Positions 11,497 through 22,534 of a stretch of DNA of 64,000 nt are shown piece by piece. Source of the DNA: an uncultured Nitrospinota bacterium (lineage in GTDB: Bacteria; Tectomicrobia; Entotheonellia; J063; CAVPRW01); assembly GCA_963707985.1 (NCBI GenBank), contig CAVPRW010000011.1:32001-96000 (forward strand). The letters are read 5' to 3'. A model generated the notes under the pieces. It did no database searches. It had not been told where the DNA came from and was given only the letters and a program-made list of their open reading frames with translations. The position numbers and the translations under genes are program-made. Position 1 is the stretch's first letter, and the number at the start of each line of letters is the position of its first letter.

Positions 11497-12048
11497 GGGT
11501 AAGATGCACTATCTCTGCGGATGGCGTTGCGTACTGGCCAGGGGATAACACTCTGCGGTGTTGCGGAGCACCAAGTCGACATCACCTCACTGGGCCGTCG
11601 GCGTCGGCATTACGTATGCGCTGAACCCGGCGTCACTCCCCATCCGGCCAGTGCGCCAGCGCCTATAGCCAATTATACCCAAAGCCGGCGTATGTTAGAA
11701 GGCGAACCTTGATTGGACCTGCTCAACGTCCTTGGCATGATGGAACAATGCCTCGGCGCCCTTCACAGACACCGCCAACCCCCTCGGGCCATCTCCTTTC
11801 TCAAAACGATAGCGTTTAGTGTCCCATAATGAGAGCGTCTACCTGTACATTTCCGCTACATCTCTGGGCCTAGATGGTCTAGACAAAATCGTGACTCACC
11901 GCATAACCGATACTCCTGCATAAGATGTTAGCGGCATCGTCAAGCGCTACAGGGCCACGCCATCGACCGAACAACCAGCTTCGTTCGAAAGGGTCGGCGC
12001 TGATGGATTGGCCGGAGAACAGGGTATCAGCTTCGAGAGAGAGCGGAC

Positions 12049-12063
12049 TGGCACATATCTTGC
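12049..12063 (+). promoter_or_regulatory. Sigma-54 -24/-12 promoter
   Basis: TGGCACATATCTTGC upstream of the DUF1328 gene. Confidence 0.7.
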
Positions 12064-12211
12064 CCCTTTGGCTGGTGTAAATGCCGCCGTAAGAGAGAAG
12101 CACCAGGCAAGACTCCGGTGCACGGCTCTCGGGCTGTCTACCGGTGGGGATACAGTTGACTTGAGAGGCACCGAGCCCGACTTGTGAGGGGGAACAGACG
12201 AGGAGTTTCCG

Positions 12212-12424
12212 ATGCTTTATTACGCGTTAGTATTCCTCATCGTTGGATTGGTAGCCGGTGCTCTCGGCTTGGCTGGAGTGGCAGGCATAGCCTCGCAGAT
12301 TGCCTGGATTCTGTTCTTGATCGGTGTGGTCTTACTGGTGGTACAGTTACTTTCGTGGGCGCACTCCGCCCGTCGCCTGAGTGCTCTGCAAAACGCCGAA
12401 AAAACCTGGAAGGATGGACGATAG
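12212..12424 (+). CDS. DUF1328 (YtjA/UPF0391-like) membrane protein
   Basis: [44 protein letters not shown]. Confidence 0.88.
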   Translation: MLYYALVFLIVGLVAGALGLAGVAGIASQIAWILFLIGVVLLVVQLLSWAHSARRLSALQNAEKTWKDGR

Positions 12425-12464
12425 AAGGATGATGTACATGAATACTATACAGCAAGGGTCTACA

Positions 12465-12672
12465 ATGGCGGCACTACGCGCCTTTGTAGTTATCGTTGGC
12501 TTGTCACTGCTGGTGGTGGTGATGACGGCCTGTGGTACGATGACAGGTGCTGCGGTGGGGGCTGGGAAGTGGCGCAGCTATTGGAGCGGCTGCGGGAGAT
12601 GCTAAGAAAGGGGCACTTATCGGTGCCGGTGTCGGTGCCGCAGGCGGCGCCATCTACGATGCAACCCGGTAA
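12465..12672 (+). CDS. Glycine-zipper lipoprotein (apparent +1 frameshift near 12565)
   Basis: Lipobox MTAC, then GAAVGAG/SGAAIGAAAGDAKKGALIGAGVGAAGGAIYDATR* once one G is removed. Confidence 0.7.
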
Positions 12673-13082
12673 GGGGACGTATCCGGACAGCCGAGAGTCG
12701 TTGGCATTGCCACGGCTCTCGGCTGTCCACTGCGTCCATCAAGTCGGGGTTGGGCGAATTTACGGGACATCGCCTCCTGTGAGTGATTACCCTGCTAACC
12801 TTGCAGTGCGAAGAACATGGAGGCTCTTCCCTGCCCGGATAATGCATTGGTATCGGCGATTCGGGTCAGGCCGATCCGTCCGAGGTTGGATTGCCTTCCA
12901 TGGGCAGAGCCTTGGTGACGTCTTACCGCTTTTCGTCTCAAGCTATGCTAGAATAATTCTCTAGATCGATATCATTCGGACGCAACGGTGGCGCACCTCT
13001 GAGGGCGTAAGATGTCGCTGCTCTCATCCTGCTGACGCTGAATCCACTCCAATAGTCATCTTCTCTATGTTACCGGGAGCCT

Positions 13083-14156
13083 ATGATGTCCATGGATGAG
13101 GTTACAGAGAAGGCAAGCTTGCCGTCGAGGACTATTCCGTCCCAGGACGCCGCGATCGCCATCCTGTCGGCGAATCATGCCGTGCTCTCCTGGAATCACG
13201 GTATCGAAACTTTGACGGGATATACCTTTGAAGCCCTCAGCCATCTCAACCTGGTAGGGATTTTCGAGCCATCGGACATCATGCGCCAGGTCCTCCTCAG
13301 GGTATGTGCTGGTGAGTCCCCTGCCAGCGTGCGGTTGCAATTGCGGACGGCCGACGGTAGGCGCCTGCCCGTCGACGTGCAATGTGCACCATTGCAGTCC
13401 CTCGATCACAGCAACACCCAGATGATCCTAGTGATTCGTGAGGTCGCGCCGTTGCAAGGATGGCCACACCGGGACACCACACTACCTCTCCTGGGCCAAC
13501 TCGCAGGGGTTTTGTCGCATGAAATCCGCAATCCGATGAATGCGATCTTCCTCCATGCGGATATTTTAGAAGAGGAGGTGCAGCAGCCGACGCCTGGCGA
13601 TTGCACGCAGGCCATACAATCCTTGCAGACTATCAAGGCGGAGCTCACGCGCTTGCATGGTCTGATGCAGGATTATCTGTTCCTGGCGCGGCTGTCAAAC
13701 TTACCGCGCGAGCCGATTGATCTGCGCGCGCTGGTAGAGGACATCGTCTATGAAATGCACCCCCAGTGTGTGGTCCACGGGGTAACCATGATTCTGAACG
13801 GCCTTGATGATTTGGGAGAAGTGGAGCTCCACCAGAGTTCATTTCGGCGTGCGCTGCTCAACATTTTGCAGTGGCTGATCGAAGCCATGCCGCGGGATGC
13901 AACCTTGACCCTGAGCGGTTGCCGTACTAGCCATCACGTGCAACTCCACATCCACGACCTGAAAAATGTGATTCCACCCGAGGTGTGGGCCGCGTTCCCG
14001 GTGTCTCCGCAGCCGAAGCTTCCTGAAGCGGCGGATCTCCGGAAATACGTGGCACAAGAAATTCTTACAGCCCATGGAGGGGAGATAGCCGTGAGCGATG
14101 TGACCAAGTCTGGGATGTTGTTCACCATCGCGCTCCCGCTAGGCACCACGGGGTAG
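13083..14156 (+). CDS. PAS-HisKA protein with degenerate HATPase domain
   Basis: PAS (WNHGIETLTGY) and H-box SHEIRNPMNAI; N, G1 and G2 boxes replaced (ILQWLIEAM, DLKNVIP, ADLRKY). Confidence 0.8.
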   Translation: MMSMDEVTEKASLPSRTIPSQDAAIAILSANHAVLSWNHGIETLTGYTFEALSHLNLVGIFEPSDIMRQVLLRVCAGESPASVRLQLRTADGRRLPVDVQCAPLQSLDHSNTQMILVIREVAPLQGWPHRDTTLPLLGQLAGVLSHEIRNPMNAIFLHADILEEEVQQPTPGDCTQAIQSLQTIKAELTRLHGLMQDYLFLARLSNLPREPIDLRALVEDIVYEMHPQCVVHGVTMILNGLDDLGEVELHQSSFRRALLNILQWLIEAMPRDATLTLSGCRTSHHVQLHIHDLKNVIPPEVWAAFPVSPQPKLPEAADLRKYVAQEILTAHGGEIAVSDVTKSGMLFTIALPLGTTG

Positions 14157-14224
14157 CGACCGCCGTCCATTGTCCGAGATCACCCCCCGCGAATGAATCG
14201 TGTCGATCATGGGAGTCGACAGGC

Positions 14225-15583
14225 ATGGCGTATGTGCTCGTTGTCGATGATGAACGTAGCACCCTCGAGGCTTTAAGCACGATCCTTCGTCGTGAAGGGC
14301 ATGCCGTGCAGACAGCTGGCTCGGCGCAGGAGGCACTGGCGCAGCTAGAGGACGGAAATGAACTGGACCTGCTGCTCACTGATGTGAGAATGCCGAAAAT
14401 GGACGGTCTGGCCCTGCTGCGCCACATCAAAGCGCAGCAGGCTGAGATCGTGGTGATTATGATGTCCGGACATCAGGATGTCACGGCAGCGGTCGAGGCC
14501 ATGAAAGCGGGAGCTTTTGACTACTTGGTCAAGCCGTTCGGTCGGGAAGAGGTGGTGCGCACCATCCAGAAGGCCCTCGCCCACCGCTCTTTACTTGTGG
14601 AAAACCTGGCCCTGAAGCGGCAGGTTCGCGGCCAGGGCGCGCGTGCGCAAGTCATCGGCTCGAGTCCGGCCTGGCGAAAGGTCGGTGAGATGGTGGAGCA
14701 AATCGCTCCATCCAGAGCGACCGTTCTCATTACAGGGGAAAGCGGCACCGGAAAAGAGCTCATTGCTGGACTGATTCATCAGCTGAGCACCCGAGCCGAC
14801 CGGCCGTTCGTCACACTGAACGCGGCGGCCCTTCCTGCCACGCTGCTGGAGGCTGAACTCTTCGGGCATGAGAAAGGGGCCTTTACCGGTGCCCAGCAGC
14901 GTAAACTGGGGCGCTTCGAGCTGGCAGACGGGGGGACGCTGTTTCTAGACGAAATCGGCGATATGCCACCGGAGGTCCAGGTCAAGATCCTGCGTGTCCT
15001 ACAAGATGGGACATTTGAGCGTCTGGGGAGTACGCGCACCTTGCAGGTCGACGTTCGCGTGGTTGCGGCAACGAACAAGGACTTGATGCAAGAAGTCGAA
15101 GCCGGACGCTTCCGTCTAGACCTATACTATCGATTGAATGTCATCTCCCTTCGTTTACCGGCACTGCGTGAACGACGGGAGGATATCCCGCTGTTGGTGG
15201 GTCATTTCCTGCGTAAATATGCTGCACAAAACAACAAACAGGTCAGCGGTATCCAGCAGCAAGTGCTGCAACACCTGCAACTCGCAGATTGGCCGGGGAA
15301 CGTGCGTGAGCTGGAAAACGTCATCGAGCGAGCGGTGGTGTTGGCCAAAGAGCCCATTATTAGCCTCACCGAATTGTCGGCTGATTTCCAGGAAAAGGAG
15401 CCCGCACCGACGTCCGACGACCATTTTGCGCTGCCTCGCCATGCCACCCTTGCTGAGATCGAGCGCGAGGCCATCGTTCAAGCACTGCAGCACACCGGCG
15501 GTAATCGACAGGCCACCGCCCGGTCGTTGAATATTGGCCTGGCGACCTTATACCGTAAGCTTAAAGAATACCGCCTCCAATAG
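14225..15583 (+). CDS. NtrC-family sigma-54-dependent response regulator
   Basis: REC domain, GESGTGKE Walker A, GAFTGA loop, WPGNVRELEN, Fis-type HTH. Confidence 0.96.
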   Translation: MAYVLVVDDERSTLEALSTILRREGHAVQTAGSAQEALAQLEDGNELDLLLTDVRMPKMDGLALLRHIKAQQAEIVVIMMSGHQDVTAAVEAMKAGAFDYLVKPFGREEVVRTIQKALAHRSLLVENLALKRQVRGQGARAQVIGSSPAWRKVGEMVEQIAPSRATVLITGESGTGKELIAGLIHQLSTRADRPFVTLNAAALPATLLEAELFGHEKGAFTGAQQRKLGRFELADGGTLFLDEIGDMPPEVQVKILRVLQDGTFERLGSTRTLQVDVRVVAATNKDLMQEVEAGRFRLDLYYRLNVISLRLPALRERREDIPLLVGHFLRKYAAQNNKQVSGIQQQVLQHLQLADWPGNVRELENVIERAVVLAKEPIISLTELSADFQEKEPAPTSDDHFALPRHATLAEIEREAIVQALQHTGGNRQATARSLNIGLATLYRKLKEYRLQ

Positions 15584-15772
15584 GTCAACCTCTTCCGCCA
15601 ACATGATGCCTCATACATATTACACGCGCTCTTGGGCCGCCCTATCCACGTTCGGCATGGGCAAGCTGCTGGAGACGCGACTAGTTTTCAGGTTTGTCGC
15701 CAGAGATAAGCCAACGATCACACGGGCGATTTAACCTCAGCCCTGTTAAGCGCTCATTGTTTGGTACGTTGC

Positions 15773-17347
15773 TCATGGCCTTTGCTCTAGGATGCCAGCT
15801 AGTGCCTGCTGTACACACTGCTCAACGCTCTGAGTCGTGTCAAGATGCACACGACAAATGCTCTCGTCGGCATGCAGCGGCTCAAAATCGTGCAGGAATT
15901 GGCTCAAGATCTCTTCCCGTGCGTCGGAAACTGACGCTGGCGAGTGCTCGCGTTGTCGCAACCGTGCCCGCAGGGCTGCCTCAGGTGCCCGGCACTCAAT
16001 CGCGCAGCAGTGTGCCCCCATTTCGCGTGCCAATGTCGCCATGCGTCGCCGTTCAGCCTGCTTAGCAAATGACGCATCGATGACCACCGACTTCCCTCGC
16101 CTCAACGCTTGACGAGCGAGGTCGGCTAGTGCGTCATAGGTCTGCCCTGTCGTCGTGGCACTGTACAAGCCCTCGCCATACGCCGCCTGCTGGGACTTCT
16201 CAGGGGACACCCTGGCCAGCGCTTTGCGCACACGATCCGAGCTGTACAGATCCAGGTCCAAGGCCGCGGCAATGCCTGCCGCGACCGTACTTTTGCCGCT
16301 GGCAATAAGGCCCATCGTAAGAAGCAACATCGGACGCGTGATGCCCTCCGCAAAGTGCGCCGCGAGCGCATAATAAGACTCCGCGCGACGCTCCAGCCGA
16401 GAGCGCAGCTCGGGAGGTGGAGAGTTTTGAAGGCGGATGCTTGTAATCTTGCCACGGACGTAGGCCCGGTAACAGCGATAGAAATCCAGCAAGCGATACA
16501 TCGAGATATCCTTGGAATCCTGCACATAGGCACGCACGAAGCAATGCGCCATGGCCGGAAATCCCAACCGTTCAAGGTCGACGGCGAGAAATGCGACCTC
16601 GGAGCTCACATCGATGAAGCGAAAGCGTTGATTGAATTCGATGCAGTCGATCATCTGCATCTGCCCTGGTTCAAAATAAATATGCTCGGCGCGGAGGTCA
16701 CCGTGGCAATCGCGGATCCGACCATCTTGCACGCGTTGGAGAAACCAATCAGCGTGGCGACTGATGAACGTGGTCACCGCCTGCTGAATCGCCAAGTAGG
16801 TGGGCTGGGAAAGGCCTCGGCCAACGGCATCAGCGGTTTGGGCAAAATTCTCCTCCCAGTCGGCCCTGACCTGCTCCAGGGTGCCGTAAGACTCGGAGGG
16901 CTCGGGGAGGGGATGGGCCGCGTGAAAAGCAGCTAGCCGTCGTGCGATGTCGTGGATCATCTCTGGTGTGACCTCATCATGTTGCAGGAGGGCCTCCAGA
17001 GAACAATCAGCTGGCAGACGGCGCATTTTGAGGGCATATTCGACCACCTGGCCGCGGTCGGCAAAGGTATAGTGCTGATCATCGCGGCGGAGCGGCACGA
17101 CCGCGAGATAGACGCCAGCACTGAGACGACGATTCAGGGTAAGTTCTTGTGCACAGTAGAACCGACGCTGATCTAGGGTCGAGAAGTCCAGAAATCCCAG
17201 GCTCACGGGCTTCTTAATTTTGTAGGCGTAGTGGTCGGTCAAAAATACCAGGGAGATATGGGTCTCACGGACCTCGACCGTAGAGGTCGGTTCGGGGTAA
17301 ACCGCCGGATCTTGCAGAGCCTGCCGTAGGACAGCGATGTCCATCAA
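15773..17347 (-). CDS. Bifunctional aminoglycoside phosphotransferase-like / AAA_33 P-loop protein (Rv2004c-like)
   Basis: ETHISLVFL..YKIKKPV.LGFLDFSTL, CHGDL, DCIEFN, GLIASGKST. Confidence 0.9.
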   Translation of the reverse strand: MMDIAVLRQALQDPAVYPEPTSTVEVRETHISLVFLTDHYAYKIKKPVSLGFLDFSTLDQRRFYCAQELTLNRRLSAGVYLAVVPLRRDDQHYTFADRGQVVEYALKMRRLPADCSLEALLQHDEVTPEMIHDIARRLAAFHAAHPLPEPSESYGTLEQVRADWEENFAQTADAVGRGLSQPTYLAIQQAVTTFISRHADWFLQRVQDGRIRDCHGDLRAEHIYFEPGQMQMIDCIEFNQRFRFIDVSSEVAFLAVDLERLGFPAMAHCFVRAYVQDSKDISMYRLLDFYRCYRAYVRGKITSIRLQNSPPPELRSRLERRAESYYALAAHFAEGITRPMLLLTMGLIASGKSTVAAGIAAALDLDLYSSDRVRKALARVSPEKSQQAAYGEGLYSATTTGQTYDALADLARQALRRGKSVVIDASFAKQAERRRMATLAREMGAHCCAIECRAPEAALRARLRQREHSPASVSDAREEILSQFLHDFEPLHADESICRVHLDTTQSVEQCVQQALAGILEQRP

Positions 17348-17546
17348 CGTCTCCTTGAGCTGTCAGAACGCATCGGCGAGCGTGGTCGGCTGTTCCCTGC
17401 CACACTTTCCACCCTGCCCCTACAACTACGTGCTTTTTCCTAAGGTTTCAACAATAAATCGTTGGCCCCATGGCCGGTCTGCTATGTCTCGCCGTCGCGA
17501 TAGGACATTGCCAGTGAGAATGATCCGGACGGTGCTACATCCTGGA

Positions 17547-17915
17547 TTAGGCTGTCGCCGGTGGCCGACGAGGGCCGATCGAGGGCCCGTATCTGGTCGG
17601 ATTACGTGACCGAGAAGAAGGCATCCTGAGGGCGCTGACTGGGTTCGCTCGACGGCACCCGATGGAGGCCACTTGGCGTCGCCGCCGCGGGGTGGGGCTG
17701 TGCGCCGTGACCAACCGACGAGGTTCAGGTGTACCCACAAACGTCAGCCGCTGTGTTTCCAAGAGATGCACGACACAGGCGATGACCAGAGCATCTTCCT
17801 CCGCGCCCACTGCAGCGTGGATGGCACCTATCAGATCATACAAGGTTGTATGGATAACCAGTGAACGTGGGCACTTCCCTTTCAAGACCAGTGCAGCATG
17901 CGTTGGGACGGTCAT
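17547..17915 (-). CDS. Hypothetical protein
   Basis: ORF with GGAG RBS; TTLYDLI..EEDALVIACVVHLL. Confidence 0.5.
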   Translation of the reverse strand: MTVPTHAALVLKGKCPRSLVIHTTLYDLIGAIHAAVGAEEDALVIACVVHLLETQRLTFVGTPEPRRLVTAHSPTPRRRRQVASIGCRRANPVSALRMPSSRSRNPTRYGPSIGPRRPPATA

Positions 17916-18204
17916 GATGTGAGCTCCACATCTGCAGAGACAATAACGTCAGGTAGCACACTTGAAGCGATATCTGAACAGAAACATTCCGCGACTGCAG
18001 CGATCCTTTGAGTATTCAGTATTATTGTCGCTCGACAGCATATGCGACCAAAGCTTTACGCACTGAACTCCCTAGAGAGATCGCCAATAGTTGTAGTGAA
18101 TGGTCAGTCCGGGCAAAGCCAGAGTATCTCGTCACACGACTACCACGGTGTTCGACATACTGCCGAGATGAATCCGCCTCGGTCCGGTGGTTCTTCGGAT
18201 CTCG

Positions 18205-18393
18205 CTATAGATAGCCGATGGTGTATTCTTCCATAGGCGTGGGTGAGGTATTGAGATATTCCAGGCATGGCTTACACAACCGATTAAATGGACCCTCTGA
18301 ATGAAATGCTCGCTCGCACCGCAGACAATCTCGTTGTGTAAGTTTGCGCTTCTTAGAAGATGATTTTGGACTTATCCGGGCTCTATGTGCCAT
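18205..18393 (-). CDS. Small basic CxxC-CxxC zinc-finger protein
   Basis: RDCLRCERAFHSEGPFNRLCKPC; AGGAG RBS; sigma-54 motif upstream. Confidence 0.7.
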   Translation of the reverse strand: MAHRARISPKSSSKKRKLTQRDCLRCERAFHSEGPFNRLCKPCLEYLNTSPTPMEEYTIGYL

Positions 18394-18480
18394 ATCGCTC
18401 TCCTTTCTCCATTGGTTGCGGAATCGAACTGCTGACCGACATCAGCCTTCCGACGCTGTAATGGTGACGGAAGGAGGGGG

Positions 18481-18496
18481 AGCAAAAGCTATGCCG
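18481..18496 (-). promoter_or_regulatory. Sigma-54 -24/-12 promoter
   Basis: CGGCATAGCTTTTGCT on the minus strand. Confidence 0.65.
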
Positions 18497-18591
18497 ATGG
18501 TGGATGCATCTATGGTTACGTGTGAGATTGGTTGCTGACGGATGGGCAGCAAAGCGACGGAGCATGGCGGGAATAGGCCTTCCAAAAAACA

Positions 18592-18607
18592 TGGATGCGG
18601 CCTTGCA
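18592..18607 (+). promoter_or_regulatory. Possible sigma-54 promoter (divergent partner)
   Basis: TGGATGCGGCCTTGCA (GG-N10-GC), weaker -24 box. Confidence 0.4.
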
Positions 18608-18765
18608 GTGTCCTACTGTGGCGGCATCATGTGCTGGCCTCGTGCTATTCTCAAAACGAAAGTTCGGAGTACCGGGGGTGACTCATTTCGAGAGCAGGAG
18701 CGCTGTTCGAGGACACTCAGGGTCTCCACCTCTCGGGAAGGCATTGTCTGTGACCAGAGGTGACC

Positions 18766-19121
18766 ATGATGAAGAGAACTTTGTTGACGTTAGGAGTATC
18801 GGCCCTGCTAGCTATGCCTCTGCTGGTGAATGGACAGATGACCCCATCAACCCCTGGGACAGGTAGTGGACCGGGAGCTGGTGCACGCGGCTCTGGCATT
18901 CGGATGGAGCAAGAGGAACGGCGTGACCAATCGGACGTGCAGCCGAGAGATATCCGGCAGGTACAAGAGCGCCTGAAAGAAGCCGGCTTTAACCCGGGCC
19001 CCTTGGATGGGTAGCTGGGGCGCAGACCAAAGACGCTATCAAGGATTACCAGAAGGCTCACGGACTACCCCAGACCGGGCAACTTGATCAGCCCACGCGA
19101 GAACTTCTGATGGTGCAGAAA
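18766..19121 (+). pseudogene. Secreted peptidoglycan-binding domain protein, disrupted
   Basis: Signal peptide; IRQVQERLKEAGFNPGPLDG* followed, after a frameshift, by QTKDAIKDYQKAHGLPQTGQLD. Confidence 0.8.
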
Positions 19122-19265
19122 GCCGATGGTCGAAGGTTTCAACGGCACGCAGGAGACCGGGACTGCCTTCCTGGATGAGATCCAAGAGGGGTAACCCCGG
19201 TGTGTGTACTTCTTCGCGATGCTCACCACCAGGCGAAGGTGCGCTGAGACGAGCTTGGCTCTCGT
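19121..19265 (-). pseudogene. Sigma-70 (RpoD-like) region 2 fragment
   Basis: AKLVSAHLRLVVSIAKKYTHRG/PLLDLIQEGSPGLLRAVETFDHR; frameshifted and truncated. Confidence 0.8.
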
Positions 19266-19607
19266 CTCCCGCTTCACCTGCACCTGAGTCAATCCCGACC
19301 GCGTCATCGAGCTTGCTCGGATCTTGCCCAGCGATATCTTCGCTCGTCAGAGTCCAATGCTCTGGACCAGGAAAATCCAGCCCGGCCCATGCCTCTTTTG
19401 GTATCGATCCGTATACGGCGGCTTCTAGCGGGTCTATCTCATGCGAGTTCGTTTGGCCCCTGCCGTTGGTTCTGCTGTATGTTGGTCGGAGCGCAGTTCA
19501 GCCATCTCACGCGGTCTCCGAATGCTCGCAGCGGTTCGGTGCTACATGCCGGTCCAATCCTCTAAAGGTCGCAGCTTCTGAGTTCCAGCGGTCTCAATGT
19601 GAAGGCC

Positions 19608-20504
19608 TTACTTAACGAGGCTTTCCTGCGTCATCGATGTGGCATTTTGGGTTGGGACGACCTTATGGCCTCTATACTTGGCATAGACTTTGGTGAATTC
19701 AGCGCCAAAATACACAATCTGGGCCGAGTAGTAGATCCATATCAACAGGACCACCAGGGAGCCAGCTGCGCCGTAGACCACCGCAGTCGTGCTATAGCGT
19801 AGATAGAGCTCGATCAGAAATTTGCCGATCATGAATAACACGGCTGTGACCAAGGCACCAATCACCACCTCCTCCCAAGCGATCTCGACTTCTGGTAACA
19901 CTTTATAGACCATGGTAAAGAGCAAGGTTACGATGACGAAGGAAAAACCGAAGTTCACAGTTTGTAGCCAGTTCACGTGGCTAGGAAGCATCGTGCCAAA
20001 AATTGGCAGGATGGACTTGAGCATCGCGTTCGCGATGATCGAGAGGAGGAGCAACAGACTTATGCCCAGCACCATGCCGAACGCTAAAAAGCGATCCCAG
20101 ATGATCCCAATCGCCATACTACGCTTTGACTTTGGGGTCACTTTCCAGATTGTGTTGAGGGCATCCCGGAGTTCACTAAACACGACCGTGGTGCCGAAGA
20201 GCATCGTCGCTAGACCGATGATCGTTGCGGCGATGCCCGACCTCGGTCTAGAGGTATTTTCGATGGTGGCCTGAATCACCCGCGCACCTTCTGGCCCGAT
20301 GAAGGTTTCGATTTGCTGGATGAGCTCGGCAGAGGCGATGTCCCGTCCGAACGCCAGAGCGGCAATGGCAATGATGACCACCAAGAGCGGCGCCAGGGAA
20401 AACAGGGTATAGAAGGCCAACGCCGCGCCTAATCGTGGCGCTCGATCCGCATGCCATGCGAAGGCCGTTTCCTTGAGTACTGCCGGTATGATCCATAGAC
20501 TCAC
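19608..20504 (-). CDS. YihY/BrkB family membrane protein
   Basis: RLGAALAFYTLFSLAPLL and YGAAGSLVVLLIWIYYSAQIVYFGAE. Confidence 0.93.
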   Translation of the reverse strand: MSLWIIPAVLKETAFAWHADRAPRLGAALAFYTLFSLAPLLVVIIAIAALAFGRDIASAELIQQIETFIGPEGARVIQATIENTSRPRSGIAATIIGLATMLFGTTVVFSELRDALNTIWKVTPKSKRSMAIGIIWDRFLAFGMVLGISLLLLLSIIANAMLKSILPIFGTMLPSHVNWLQTVNFGFSFVIVTLLFTMVYKVLPEVEIAWEEVVIGALVTAVLFMIGKFLIELYLRYSTTAVVYGAAGSLVVLLIWIYYSAQIVYFGAEFTKVYAKYRGHKVVPTQNATSMTQESLVK

Positions 20505-20527
20505 GGTGCAACTCCTCGCCGAAGAAT

Positions 20528-22381
20528 CTATCCAGACGGCGGCATCGATGAAAGCGTGGGAGGAGAGACTAGTAGACTCAACTGGCTAATCTGGTTCCGT
20601 GTCTCGCTCAGAGTCGTTCCTAACTCGTCGGCACCAAGCTCACGACAGCGCAGGTGCGGGTTATCGCTCGCCTCCTTGGGCCCCCAACGTCCCACCACGA
20701 TCCTACAGTCCGGAAAGCGGGCCCGCAGCCGTTTGCACAGGTAGCGCACTGGCGCCAGGGCCCCCGGAGACAGCGCCGACACGCAGATGAGCCCAATGTG
20801 TTGCCGTGCTACCACAGAGATTACTTCGCCAGTGAGCATTTCGGCTGAGATGATCGCCATCTGATAGCGTTCGGGGTCGAGCAACTGCTGTAACATCAGC
20901 AAAGCCAGTTCGTCGGTGGCATCTTGAGCGGGACAGCCCAGAATCTGGGGCGGTGGTGGCATCGTGGACAACTCCGTCGCTGAGGAAGTCGTGGTGAAAG
21001 TGGCGGGAGTCAAGGGGCGCCGCTGCCGCAGGCTGAGATCCTCAATGATCGCTCTCGTGGCCTGAATGATAAATTGCATGTCTTCCTCGGTCAAGGTTTC
21101 TAGCTCACGATCCCGCTTCGCCGCGGTCAGAGCCGGGATGAAGACGTCATCGTAGAGGGTCTCGAGCGGATGAGTTTCGAGATATGCCTCCACCAACGCG
21201 GCCGCCTCATCTTGGTCGTGAGCGACGAGGCGTTGATAATAGTTGGTAGGAACCCCCATGACTGGCTCATCGCCAAGCAGCACACCGATAAATTCGATCT
21301 GGGGAACGTACTTACCGAGCACACCGATACATACGGTCATCGGCGTCGCCAAAATTAAGCCTACGGCGCCCCATAGCCACGTCCAGAAGGCCACTGCCAC
21401 CAGCAATGCCACCTCCGAGACACCGACGCTTTGCCCATATAGCAACGGCTCCATAATCATATTGCTGGCAAGCTCCAGCATGAGGATGAGACCGATTACC
21501 AGCAACGGCTGGCCCCAACCGGGAAACACGGCCAGGCTCAGGGCACTCGGCAACACCGCGGCGATGGTGGGACCAGCGTATGGAATAAACCGTAAGACGG
21601 CAGCGAGAAAGCCCCAGAGCACCGCATACGGCACGCCGATGAGGAAGAAGCCAAGGCCAGCGGCCACTCCAAAGCTGCCATTGATGATCGACTGCATGAG
21701 GAGATAGCGGCTAATACGTTGGCCGGCTTCGTCAAGAGCCTTGGTCGCCATAGTCAACCGATGATAGCCTGCCAGGTAGAGCAGGCGACCACGCAGGTCA
21801 GCATATCTGATCAACATGAAGATCACCAATACAATCACCAGGCCAGCCGTTGTCAGTGACTCCAAGACCGAAGGCAGCTGCCACAACATGGAGGGCGTCT
21901 GCACCACCACAGGGACAGGCTTTTCAGATTCCTCCTTGAAGGCCGGTTCGAGTCCCCCTCCGGCCCGAGGCTCCAAGAGCGCACGTGGGGTTTGCTGCAG
22001 CTCGTCGGTCAGCTCTCTGATGGTTTTCAACACGCGGTCGATGACCGCACTTTTCCCGATGGTACGCAGGTCGCTAATCTTGTGCTTAAGATTCTCCTGG
22101 TAGCCGGGGAGATCATAGGCGAGCATGCTCAGCTGCCGCGTGACTGTCCAGGCGACGCCTCCCACCAGCGAGAACACCAGCACGACCACCACCAGCACGG
22201 CAGGCGTCCGTGGCAGCCCTAGGCCGTGGAGTGCGCTGACGACAGGGTTGAGCAAGAAGGTGAGCAAGACCGCCAGAGCGATAGGCATGAGAACGGCCTT
22301 TGCCCAGTATAGACAGGCGATGATCAGGATCAGGGTGCCAAGGATATGCAAGACGGAAAGATTCCGCACGCTGGATGTCAC
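20528..22381 (-). CDS. AI-2E family transporter with C-terminal cytoplasmic (B12-binding-like) domain
   Basis: LRFIPYAGP, EPLLYGQSVGVS and WLWGAVGLILATP motifs plus a Rossmann-like tail. Confidence 0.9.
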   Translation of the reverse strand: MTSSVRNLSVLHILGTLILIIACLYWAKAVLMPIALAVLLTFLLNPVVSALHGLGLPRTPAVLVVVVLVFSLVGGVAWTVTRQLSMLAYDLPGYQENLKHKISDLRTIGKSAVIDRVLKTIRELTDELQQTPRALLEPRAGGGLEPAFKEESEKPVPVVVQTPSMLWQLPSVLESLTTAGLVIVLVIFMLIRYADLRGRLLYLAGYHRLTMATKALDEAGQRISRYLLMQSIINGSFGVAAGLGFFLIGVPYAVLWGFLAAVLRFIPYAGPTIAAVLPSALSLAVFPGWGQPLLVIGLILMLELASNMIMEPLLYGQSVGVSEVALLVAVAFWTWLWGAVGLILATPMTVCIGVLGKYVPQIEFIGVLLGDEPVMGVPTNYYQRLVAHDQDEAAALVEAYLETHPLETLYDDVFIPALTAAKRDRELETLTEEDMQFIIQATRAIIEDLSLRQRRPLTPATFTTTSSATELSTMPPPPQILGCPAQDATDELALLMLQQLLDPERYQMAIISAEMLTGEVISVVARQHIGLICVSALSPGALAPVRYLCKRLRARFPDCRIVVGRWGPKEASDNPHLRCRELGADELGTTLSETRNQISQLSLLVSPPTLSSMPPSG

Positions 22382-22534
22382 AGGTTAGCTCACTCTCTGC
22401 AAGCTCGTTTGAAGACCTACTCTTGTTGACGTATCTCCGCTTGTCGGCTATGTTAGCAACTCGGCACCCTTTTTGTTACGACAAAACTTTATACTAAACG
22501 GAGGGCATAAACTAGCGACAGCGTCCGGTAAAAA

